DNA of 64,000 bases from NCBI GenBank assembly GCA_964637575.1, contig CAZWVU010000001.1, positions 53,009 through 117,008 on the forward strand. The letters run 5' to 3'. The notes beneath the pieces were generated by a model. That model searched no databases and had not been told where the DNA came from. It saw only the letters and a program-made list of their open reading frames with translations. Position numbers and translations under genes: made by a program. Shown here piece after piece: positions 37,661 to 46,123 of this stretch (positions within the stretch are counted from its first letter, which is position 1; each line of letters opens with the position of its first letter). The DNA comes from an uncultured Candidatus Saccharibacteria bacterium. Lineage in GTDB: Bacteria > Patescibacteriota > Minisyncoccia > UBA6257 > WO2-44-18.

Positions 37661-37711
37661 ACCCTCTCAATGTTCTGGCTAAACTCTACAAAGGGATTGC
37701 GTGCCGGTCAA
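37661..37711 (-). promoter_or_regulatory. promoter + boxA-like leader + SD (neuC)
   Basis: TTGACC(37706-37711)-17-TAGAGT(37683-37688); GAACATTGAGAG (37664-37675); GAGGGT. Confidence 0.7.
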
Positions 37712-37728
37712 GCCGGTGGAAGACCGCG

Positions 37729-39123
37729 CTACTTGAGACGCGGCATGATTGTTTTCACGCTGAACCAAAATCTCTTAAGAATATTTATCAAAAATTCTTT
37801 ATCGTATTCATTGAATACAAATAAACTTCTGATTTTTATCCTGAATTGTTCGTATTTCCTGACTAGCCGGGAATACAGGAACCAGCTCCGCACGATGCAG
37901 CCAAAAATGTAGTCGAACGCGATGCCGGGCAGCTGAAAGAGCGGCATAAACATTACCGCCGAAACCGGGTCGATCAGAAAATCGAGAATCACTCGCGCAC
38001 TGAGCGCTTTGTATTCCCGCAAATTGGTCAGGATCGCGCGCGTTACTTTCCAGGTGGCGTATACGGGCATGGCGAGCACCAGTATCCTGAATAGAAATAT
38101 CGCCGGAGCGTAATTCGGGAAAAGAAAAGTAATGATTACCGGCACGAAAATAAATCCGCCGATGGCAAACAAGACTCCCAGCCAGAACATGTATTTCATT
38201 GAGCGCTTGAATAAGAACGCCAGTTCCTCCAGGTGGCCGATCCGTACAAAGAAAAGCTGGGCGATCCCGTCAATCGGCACGAGGTTCTGCAAAGTTGCCA
38301 CCAGATTTACCGCCAGACTGTAAAACGCGACCGCTTCGGTATTGATAAACAGCTTGATGAACCAGGGCGTGGTATTGGATGAAACATTCACCAGGGCGTA
38401 ATTCAAAAACATCCATTTCCCGTGTGTTTTCACAAAATCAACCATCATAATCCGATTATAAGCCCTGATCCTTCCCAGTGTTTTCAAATAGGGGATAAGG
38501 GAAAGCACAAGCACCAGGATGAACACTTCAATCGCCATGCCCATCATATGCGCGATCGCGACATGCAAAATATCCAGCGTGGAAAAACGCACAAAAAACA
38601 AAATGAAGATCAGCTTGGCGAATTCGCGGATCGCAGGAGCTGCCCAGTAGGAAAACCGGACGATGGATTTTAAAAAAATACTGGCCAGGGATTCCAGCCC
38701 GGACAGGAAAAAGTAAGGGCTGATGATTTTGATCAGCAATCCAATGTCCTTGCCGTACCAGTGGGCGATGATATTCGCGCCGAAAAACACCGCGAGACTG
38801 ATCAGCGCGGTAAGCGGCAGGCGCCATGCGGCCATTTCCCAGAATATTCTTTTGGCCTTTTCCGGCTCTTTGTTATTGAAATGATGCCGCATCTCCGTGG
38901 CGATCGGACCGTCCAGATTATTAATGTCCAAACTGTCCAAAAGAGAAACGAATGCCAGTACGAGCTGGAAGGTGCCGAACTGGAAAATGCTTAACAGGCG
39001 AATCGTAAAAAAGGAACTCACATATCCGATCAGGGATGCCGACATGTCGAAAAACCGGCGCATGCCTTCGCCTTTAAAAAAATAGTATCCCAGCGGTTTT
39101 TTTCTCAATGCCTCGTCGTTCAT
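37729..39123 (-). CDS. Wzx-like oligosaccharide flippase (MOP family)
   Basis: About 12 hydrophobic segments, RLLSIFQFG, EAVAFYSLA, glycan-cluster context. Confidence 0.8.
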   Translation of the reverse strand: MNDEALRKKPLGYYFFKGEGMRRFFDMSASLIGYVSSFFTIRLLSIFQFGTFQLVLAFVSLLDSLDINNLDGPIATEMRHHFNNKEPEKAKRIFWEMAAWRLPLTALISLAVFFGANIIAHWYGKDIGLLIKIISPYFFLSGLESLASIFLKSIVRFSYWAAPAIREFAKLIFILFFVRFSTLDILHVAIAHMMGMAIEVFILVLVLSLIPYLKTLGRIRAYNRIMMVDFVKTHGKWMFLNYALVNVSSNTTPWFIKLFINTEAVAFYSLAVNLVATLQNLVPIDGIAQLFFVRIGHLEELAFLFKRSMKYMFWLGVLFAIGGFIFVPVIITFLFPNYAPAIFLFRILVLAMPVYATWKVTRAILTNLREYKALSARVILDFLIDPVSAVMFMPLFQLPGIAFDYIFGCIVRSWFLYSRLVRKYEQFRIKIRSLFVFNEYDKEFLINILKRFWFSVKTIMPRLK

Positions 39124-41270
39124 TGTAAAAGCGCGGCGGACAGCTTTTCCATTAACCCGGACAGGCTGTGTTTTTCCTGAATAAGGATACGCATGGTGCG
39201 GCCGATTGCCTCCCGCTCGGAAGGAGCCAGGGCAACAAATTCCCGGATTTTTGCCGCCAGATCATCATAGTCCTTTTCACTGAACATCAGCAATGAACGC
39301 AGCTCCGGAGGAAATATGTCCCGGAACGCCCCGTTACTCACGAGTACGGGAATTCCGCAGGCCATTGCCTCAAGGGTGCTCTTATCAAAACTGCCGGTGT
39401 CCGTGAGATTGATGAAGAGATCGTGCTGATGATACATACCTGGCGTATCCTGGTTTGGAACCGAGTCGCGGAGCTCTATTCTGCCGCGCGCGTCCGACTC
39501 TGCTGCAAGACTCCTGATCCGCGCATAATAATCCGCCTCCACCGGCTTGCCCGCCGTGGGGCTGCCGACAATAGTCAAAGATGCGTTGCCGATTGAAGGT
39601 AGCGCGGCCGCGAATGCCTGGAGCAACCCGTCGACATGTTTTACCGGAGCGATTCTTCCTAAGAATAAAATTTTAAAATGGCTGCCGTCCGCCTGCCGTT
39701 TGTCGTCCGGCCGGAAGCGGTCCGTGTCAATTCCCTGCTGCAATACTCTAAGCTTGCGGCTTGCAAACGGATAGGCCTGCCGCACCGATGTGACAATCGC
39801 TTCGGGGAAAAGCGCGGCGACCCGGAGCTTCCAGGTGCCAAGGTAATGGGCATACCACAACACCAGCCGCTTATGCCAAAGCCTCCAAAGCCATCCGGCG
39901 AGAATGACGTATTCGGGATTCATGTGGACAAAGACCGTGTCATAGTTTTTCCGAAGTCCCCATACATACCGGTAAAAATTCCAAAGGTATTTGATCCGGC
40001 TTTTCCCGCGCTCTTTGCCAAGCGAGTATATGGAAACATTTTCTGGAAGATCGGTTTTCCCCTGATACAGACAGATCACTGAAATGTGGTCGAAATGCGC
40101 CGCCAGTCCCCTGATCCACTGGTGGTAGACGCCAAGCACATCGTCGCGCAGATCGACTTTCTGGGTAATCATCAAAAGTTTTTTGGCGCGCGGAAACCGC
40201 AGGGACGCGGCATAGTCCCGGAGATATTCCTCCCGGCATTCCGGCAACGCTGCCAGAAATTCCCGCTGACGGTGTAATGTTGCCTGCCGCACCCCGGGAT
40301 TGCTGATCAGGCGGTCGACGGCTTCGATAAGCGCCATGACACTGCCGACGGGAATCACCTCGCCGAGGGCGACGCCGACATCGGTCATGATCACCGGCAC
40401 ATTGGCGGCGGCGGCTTCCACGGCGACACGTCCATATCCTTCATAATTTGAGGTCAATAAAAAAATATCGGCGGACTGGTAATAAGCGGCAAGATTGTTT
40501 GTCTGCGGCTCAAGCAGGACGTGCTGATCCAGTTTTAAATGGGCGATGCGGGCTTTAAGATTGTCGCGTTCCGGACCGTCGCCGACGATCACCAGAACGG
40601 CATGGGGATGTTTTTGAATAATGACCGGCATCATTTCAACCGCCATCCCAATATTTTTTTCTCTGGTCAGACGCGAAGCCATAAGCATCACGGGGTGCTT
40701 TCCGGGAAACATTTTTGCGTTCGGTGCCGCAGTCGCCGCGCGATCGGTAAAAATCGGCAAAACAGTAATCCGCTTCTCATCGACAAGATGGCGCCCGATC
40801 AAAGAAGTCCGTATCCGATCGGACACTACGCGCACGCCGTCCGCCTTCGGAAGAATCCGCCGGGCAATCGCGAGCCGGATTTTATTTTTCCAGGATTCCG
40901 CCACAAAAAACGGACTGAAAAGATCCGTGTGCACCTGTAACTGCAAGGGGTAGCCGAACCTGCGCGAAAGCCGGTATGCCGCGAGGCCATTTTCAAAAGG
41001 ATCCTGGGCGGTAATCGTCCATTCCCCGCCGGAAACAAACAGCTGCCTGGCAATGACGTCCGCGCGCCAGAGGGCGCCCACGCCCGTCCACGCAATGGCC
41101 GGATGCGCAGTAACTTTTTCAGAAACGACAACACTGGCTGCAGAATGATCTCGCGTGGGAATAATGATGTGGAGCTCATCAAAAAACGCCCCATATTCCG
41201 CCATTCTTCGCCGCGCCTCCGAATGTTCTTTCAAAATGGCGGCGTCAGTTGAGATCATTAATACTTTCAT
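39120..41270 (-). CDS. tandem (double) GT4 glycosyltransferase
   Basis: Two GT4 modules: RLTREKN/SNYEGYGRVAVEA and GRIAPVKH/GSFDKSTLEAMACG. Confidence 0.9.
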   Translation of the reverse strand: MKVLMISTDAAILKEHSEARRRMAEYGAFFDELHIIIPTRDHSAASVVVSEKVTAHPAIAWTGVGALWRADVIARQLFVSGGEWTITAQDPFENGLAAYRLSRRFGYPLQLQVHTDLFSPFFVAESWKNKIRLAIARRILPKADGVRVVSDRIRTSLIGRHLVDEKRITVLPIFTDRAATAAPNAKMFPGKHPVMLMASRLTREKNIGMAVEMMPVIIQKHPHAVLVIVGDGPERDNLKARIAHLKLDQHVLLEPQTNNLAAYYQSADIFLLTSNYEGYGRVAVEAAAANVPVIMTDVGVALGEVIPVGSVMALIEAVDRLISNPGVRQATLHRQREFLAALPECREEYLRDYAASLRFPRAKKLLMITQKVDLRDDVLGVYHQWIRGLAAHFDHISVICLYQGKTDLPENVSIYSLGKERGKSRIKYLWNFYRYVWGLRKNYDTVFVHMNPEYVILAGWLWRLWHKRLVLWYAHYLGTWKLRVAALFPEAIVTSVRQAYPFASRKLRVLQQGIDTDRFRPDDKRQADGSHFKILFLGRIAPVKHVDGLLQAFAAALPSIGNASLTIVGSPTAGKPVEADYYARIRSLAAESDARGRIELRDSVPNQDTPGMYHQHDLFINLTDTGSFDKSTLEAMACGIPVLVSNGAFRDIFPPELRSLLMFSEKDYDDLAAKIREFVALAPSEREAIGRTMRILIQEKHSLSGLMEKLSAALLQ

Positions 41271-41899
41271 TTTTCTAAAATGAAAAAGTAATGATAATGA
41301 TTGAATGCCGGCCGGACTTCTTTCAGGATATTGAATTGTTTCTTAATTTCGGCACGCACCCGGGAAAGCCGGTAATTTCGCGCGTCAATTTCCCAGTAAT
41401 GTTGGCCGGAAACCTTGATCCCGCCGAATTTCAGGGGAATTCTTACAAAGAAATCCAGGAATAATCTCTTGAATAAGGTGCGGACTCCCGGAAATTTAAA
41501 CGCAAATTCGAATCCGGTCGATTTATACGGGAGCGACAGAACCACATGCCGCCTGGCCACGCGCTTCAGTTGCGCGAGCGCTTTCGGGAAATCCTCGAAC
41601 GGCAGATGCTCGAGCACCTCAAACGCCGTTACCACGTCAAAGCTGTTGTCGGCAAGCGGCAGCGAACGGACGTCAGCCACCACGTCCGGATTCAGACTCG
41701 CGTCAAAGTCACAGGCAGTAACCTGATAGCCGAATTTCTTCATGTAATCAGAAAAGGTGCCGTTACCCTTGCCGATTTCCAAAATAGTTTTCGGGTCCAG
41801 GGAGCCGACGAGGTCGGTTTGATAGAAATAGGAAATAAAACGATTGAGATCGTCGTACTTTTTGCGGAAATAATGCTGCGTATCAACCTGTGGCTTCAT
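41267..41899 (-). CDS. class I SAM-dependent methyltransferase
   Basis: ILEIGKGNG, DVRSLPL, FEVLEHLP, HYWEI. Confidence 0.85.
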   Translation of the reverse strand: MKPQVDTQHYFRKKYDDLNRFISYFYQTDLVGSLDPKTILEIGKGNGTFSDYMKKFGYQVTACDFDASLNPDVVADVRSLPLADNSFDVVTAFEVLEHLPFEDFPKALAQLKRVARRHVVLSLPYKSTGFEFAFKFPGVRTLFKRLFLDFFVRIPLKFGGIKVSGQHYWEIDARNYRLSRVRAEIKKQFNILKEVRPAFNHYHYFFILEK

Positions 41900-44129
41900 T
41901 GATTAAGTTTACTAAATTATCGACGGTTCGTTGTATGGAGAATTCTTGAGCCTTAGAATGAGCCGCGTGTCCGATATCGCGCCGGAACCCGAAATCGTCT
42001 CTGATTTTCTTTATGGCGGACAATATCTGATCTTTATTATTCGGCTCAACCAATATTCCTTCCTTGCCGTCTTCAATTAGTTCCGGGATGCTTCCTATTT
42101 TTGTGGCAATTACAGGAACATGGGCATTCATCGCTTCAACAATTGCAAATGAGAAACTTTCAAAACTCGTATTGAGGATAAAAATGCCCGCATTATGTAA
42201 ATAGTTGCTCAGCATCTTCTCTCTGCCAATCTCGCCCACCAGCGTAACTCTGTTCTCCAGCTTATATTCTCTAATAATCTCCTCTAATCTTGTTCGATCG
42301 GGACCTTCGCCGACAATAAAAAGTTTGGACTCAACCATTTCCGGATCGGCCATAAGTTTTATTAGGTAATCAAAGCCTTTCCAGGGAACCAGCCGACCGA
42401 CTGACAGTAATACATTATTATTGCGCACCGCCATCACTCCCCCTCTCAATTCAATGCCGTTATATATCGTCTTCACCTTCTCTGGCTGGGCGACCCATCC
42501 TCCCACCAATTTCTGAAAATACCTGCTTGGCGTGATCACTAAGTCCGCCCGGCCCACTACCAGGCGCTGAATCCGCCGGAGCAATTCGGTTTTCCATCCA
42601 TAGCGTCGGTGCTGGAACTCATCAATCGAATCCGATACGCCAAAACGCTGGGTCGCCTGCTCCCAGGCATAGTCGCCGGCGACGCGGATAAAAAACTTCC
42701 TACCGCGCAATTTCGCCGCCAGCATCGCGGGCAATCCCACGCTCACCGGGTCCTGTGCGTAGACAGCGTCAAAATTGTTCAGCATGCTCCAGCACCGCCG
42801 GAAATACGCGAAATGCCTGATGATGGTCGGTTTTTTCCTGAACGGCGTAAATGCCAGAACGCCCACAGACAATCCGCGTTTCGGCAGCTCTTTTTCCAGC
42901 AGGACGGTATAGGTGGCGGGGCCGCCGATATCCGGCGGATAGATGCCGGTGGCAATCAAGATGCGCGGCGCCCGATCCGGGGCATGCATCATCGAAAAGA
43001 TATTTTTCATTCTGGAGGCGATACCGTCCCAAGAATAGTTTCCGCGGGCCAGCGTGCGGCCATTGGCGGCGATCCGGCGCGCCGCGTCCGGATTATCCAA
43101 AAGATAGGTAATTTTTTCAGCGAGATCTTTGGGATTATCTATTTCACAAAAAAGACCGGTCTCTCCGTCTTTAAGAAAATCGGGGATACCGCCCGCCCGG
43201 GTGCCGATAACCGGCAGCCCCGCCGCCATCGCTTCCAGAAAAGAATTTCCCAATCCTTCCGACCGCGACGGCCTGACAAACACATCAGCGCCTGACAAAT
43301 AATCGGGGATTCGCTCCGGCTCAACATGGCCGAGAAATTCCATATTTTCCGCGACCCCAAGCTCCGCTGCCAGATTTTTCAACGATTGTTCATCAGGCCC
43401 GCTCCCGACGACTTGCATTGAGAATCGCGCGCCGCGAGTCTTTTTCAATTCCGCTGCCGCGCGGATTACAATATCAATTCCGTTTTTGTGAACCAATCGC
43501 GACGTGGTAATGATTACCGGTTTTTTGCCGGCATTTTTTGGTTTTTGATTTTCAGTTTTAAATTTACCGAAGTCCACTCCGTTGGGAACCATATCAATGG
43601 GGCATGACGCTCCGTGACGCCGGGCAAAGTCGCCAAGATAGTTGCTGATCACCTGGATGCGATCCGCTTTTGTAAAAATCAACTTCCACAAAGGATAGAA
43701 AATTCCAACCCGGTGAAGGATGTGCTCCTCCGAATCACCCTCCTGAAGGGTAAGCAGCATCGGCACATCAGGGTGGCGCAATTTAAAAAGAAGCGCTGCA
43801 ATTCCGGCATAGGAAGCCATCATCGCCCACGTGGCTGCGAAAGGCCGCTGTCGGTGTTCACGCTCCGCCGCGCGCCATGCCCGGATCACGTAGACGATCT
43901 TTTCCAAAAAACGGCCGTAGTAGTTTCCTCCGCTCCGCCCCTTTCCCACCCGGATTACTTCGGCGTTGCCGGACATTTCCCGCTCCGGCCATGTGGCATC
44001 AAAACGGGAGGTAAAGAGCACAAATTGGGCATCGGGAATCCGTCGGGAAATTTCTTCAATCGCAATTTCCGCTCCACCGACAAACGGCCGGTACGCGAGC
44101 GTAAACACGCCGATGACTTCTTTTGACAT
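41883..44129 (-). CDS. tandem (double) GT4 glycosyltransferase
   Basis: SRLVHKNG/SEGLGNSFLEAM and GIYPPDIGGP/GRLVPWKG/FESFSFAIVEAM. Start set at MSKEV (44129). Confidence 0.9.
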   Translation of the reverse strand: MSKEVIGVFTLAYRPFVGGAEIAIEEISRRIPDAQFVLFTSRFDATWPEREMSGNAEVIRVGKGRSGGNYYGRFLEKIVYVIRAWRAAEREHRQRPFAATWAMMASYAGIAALLFKLRHPDVPMLLTLQEGDSEEHILHRVGIFYPLWKLIFTKADRIQVISNYLGDFARRHGASCPIDMVPNGVDFGKFKTENQKPKNAGKKPVIITTSRLVHKNGIDIVIRAAAELKKTRGARFSMQVVGSGPDEQSLKNLAAELGVAENMEFLGHVEPERIPDYLSGADVFVRPSRSEGLGNSFLEAMAAGLPVIGTRAGGIPDFLKDGETGLFCEIDNPKDLAEKITYLLDNPDAARRIAANGRTLARGNYSWDGIASRMKNIFSMMHAPDRAPRILIATGIYPPDIGGPATYTVLLEKELPKRGLSVGVLAFTPFRKKPTIIRHFAYFRRCWSMLNNFDAVYAQDPVSVGLPAMLAAKLRGRKFFIRVAGDYAWEQATQRFGVSDSIDEFQHRRYGWKTELLRRIQRLVVGRADLVITPSRYFQKLVGGWVAQPEKVKTIYNGIELRGGVMAVRNNNVLLSVGRLVPWKGFDYLIKLMADPEMVESKLFIVGEGPDRTRLEEIIREYKLENRVTLVGEIGREKMLSNYLHNAGIFILNTSFESFSFAIVEAMNAHVPVIATKIGSIPELIEDGKEGILVEPNNKDQILSAIKKIRDDFGFRRDIGHAAHSKAQEFSIQRTVDNLVNLINEATG

Positions 44130-44165
44130 TGCCGTTATCTTATCGTACTGTGTACTCAATGGCAA
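44123..44165. promoter_or_regulatory. interlocked divergent leaderless promoters
   Basis: Plus: TTGACA(44123-44128)-17-TACTGT(44146-44151)-7-ATG. Minus: TTGCCA(44160-44165)-17-TAAGAT(44137-44142)-7-ATG. Confidence 0.75.
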
Positions 44166-45295
44166 CCCGGAAAATTGTCTATCTGGTAACCAAAGATGAC
44201 GTGGGCGGCGCGCAAAAGTATGTTCAGGATCTCTGTGAAAATCTCGACAAAAGCCGGTTTGAAGCAAAAATAGTCACCGGCGGGAAAAAGGGGATCCGTT
44301 TTCTTTCCAACGCCTTTCTTCCCTACGCGCTTTTTATGAATGACTGGCTGGCGCTCACCGAGCTGGTGTTGTTTTTCCGCAAAGAAAAACCGGATATCGT
44401 TCATCTGAACAGCTCCAAAGCCGGCGTGGTGGGCGCCATCGCAGCGAAAATTGCCGGGGTTCCCCATGTGGTGTTTACCGCTCACGGCTGGGTATTCAAT
44501 CCCGACAGCCAGCTCGGTGCAGCCCGCAGAACATTCTATATAGCGCTCCATAAGCTGGCGGCGAAATTCCAGGACCGGATCATCAACGTGTCTGAATATG
44601 ACCGCCGTCTCGCGCTTACCCACCGGATCGCGCCTGCCCACAAATTGGCGACTGTATATAACGGCATCGACCGGGAAAAAGCAAAATTCCTGGATAAAAA
44701 AACGGCGCGAAGCGCCTTATCCCAAATGACCGGCCGCCGCATTCCCCTTACCGGCACCTGGATCGGATCCATCGGCCGGCTTGTAAAAGAAAAAAGTTAC
44801 GGTGATTTTATTGAGGCCGCCACCATGGTCAGCGACCCCTCCGCTCAATTTTTTATCATCGGAAGCGGAACGCTTAAAAAAGATCTGGAAATAAGGATCA
44901 GGGAGGCAGGGCTGGCGGAGCGGTTTTTCATCATAGAAAATGTTTCTCCGGCCGCGGCCTATATCCAGGCGTTTGACGTGTTCGCGTTGTCGTCTATCAA
45001 AGAAGGCATGCCCTACACCCTTATTGAAGCCATGGCCGCCGGACTTCCGATTGTTGTCACCCGCGTGGGCGGCATGCCGGAAATTATTGACGCGCTTGAT
45101 GAGGCGAAACGCGGCCTGGCTATGCCGCCCCGGTCTCCGGAAGAACTGGCCCGGGCAATTAATTATTTTCTGGAAAACAAGAAGGAGGCGGTCCGCTACG
45201 GCAGGAACGCACAACAGTATCAAAAGTCCCGGTTGGCGCTTTCCTCGATGGTCGCCCAGACGGAGGCGGCGTACCAGCTTACTGAAGCTTCTTAA
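44159..45295 (+). CDS. GT4 glycosyltransferase
   Basis: GGAQ, HLNSSKAG, FTAHGW, GRLVKEK, EGMPYTLIEAM. Start set at MATRK (44159). Confidence 0.9.
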   Translation: MATRKIVYLVTKDDVGGAQKYVQDLCENLDKSRFEAKIVTGGKKGIRFLSNAFLPYALFMNDWLALTELVLFFRKEKPDIVHLNSSKAGVVGAIAAKIAGVPHVVFTAHGWVFNPDSQLGAARRTFYIALHKLAAKFQDRIINVSEYDRRLALTHRIAPAHKLATVYNGIDREKAKFLDKKTARSALSQMTGRRIPLTGTWIGSIGRLVKEKSYGDFIEAATMVSDPSAQFFIIGSGTLKKDLEIRIREAGLAERFFIIENVSPAAAYIQAFDVFALSSIKEGMPYTLIEAMAAGLPIVVTRVGGMPEIIDALDEAKRGLAMPPRSPEELARAINYFLENKKEAVRYGRNAQQYQKSRLALSSMVAQTEAAYQLTEAS

Positions 45296-46049
45296 TTTCG
45301 TCCTGAATCAATGCTTGTTGAGTCCCGGTAATTTCGGGGTTTTGCAGGACAAGCTCAAAATAAGTGATCGCATCTGCCTTGTCTCCCACCGATCTGTAGT
45401 ATGAGGCGAGCTCCAGGGCTAAATTGGGGTTATTTTTTATATGATCCAACCCGGAAAGCAGTACCTTGGGAATTTCCGCAGATTTTTCAGGATAAAAATC
45501 CCGGTAAAAATCCGCCAGGCCAAGATACGTAAATTCTTCATATGAATCCAGTTGAACTGCTTTGACAAAATTCAGCTCTGCGCTCTTATTATCCCGCAGA
45601 AAACTCGCATACAAGTCTCCCAGATCGTAATAGATTGTCGGATTATTCGGCGCGAGGTGTTTCGTATATTCCAAAACATCCCGAGCTCCCGCATAATTTT
45701 CGACGGACTTTTTGATGATCGCAAGGCCAATCCAGGCATCGATATTATTTCGGTCATCCCCGATCAGTTTTAATTCCGCGGCAAAACGATCCTTTTGCTG
45801 TTGAAGATAGGCCACGGGATACTTACCGGCTACTTTTTCGGCGCCAAGATAGGAAAGTGTCTGACCCTGATATCCTGTACGGGCTGGATTCGTTGAGGGG
45901 GTTTTTGGAAAAAGATCATCGGCTTTTTCATTCGCCGGAGATGTCTGAGCAACGCTTGGAGTTTCTTTATGCAAAAAACGAACGCCCGCAAATGTTGCGG
46001 CCCCCGCGAGCAACACTGCCCCGAAAACAATAAGGATACCTCTCTTCAT
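45279..46049 (-). CDS. membrane-anchored TPR-like protein
   Basis: N-terminal hydrophobic helix, then helical repeats (YYDLGDLYA, YLGLADFY, LELASYY). Start set at MKRGI. Confidence 0.7.
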   Translation of the reverse strand: MKRGILIVFGAVLLAGAATFAGVRFLHKETPSVAQTSPANEKADDLFPKTPSTNPARTGYQGQTLSYLGAEKVAGKYPVAYLQQQKDRFAAELKLIGDDRNNIDAWIGLAIIKKSVENYAGARDVLEYTKHLAPNNPTIYYDLGDLYASFLRDNKSAELNFVKAVQLDSYEEFTYLGLADFYRDFYPEKSAEIPKVLLSGLDHIKNNPNLALELASYYRSVGDKADAITYFELVLQNPEITGTQQALIQDEIKKLQ

Positions 46050-46057
46050 AATCCTCA

Positions 46058-46099
46058 TTAATACCAAAAAACCAAAACCCCCGCAAGAGCGGGGGTTTT
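46058..46099 (-). terminator. S-layer gene terminator overlapped with leaderless promoter of TPR gene
   Basis: AAAACCCCCGC/GCGGGGGTTTT stem + U-rich tail; TTGCGG (46081-46086)-17-TATTAA (46058-46063). Confidence 0.75.
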
Positions 46100-46123
46100 T
46101 GGCATCTGCAATAAATCTCAAGT

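Noticed and set aside
44130-44267. N-terminal extensions in the ORF track (also 3280, 7643, 9694, 14232, 27442, 46121, 57438, 57873, 60112, 61501)
   Set aside because: They run through promoters, terminators or neighbouring genes; downstream ATGs match family N-termini and promoter/SD spacing.
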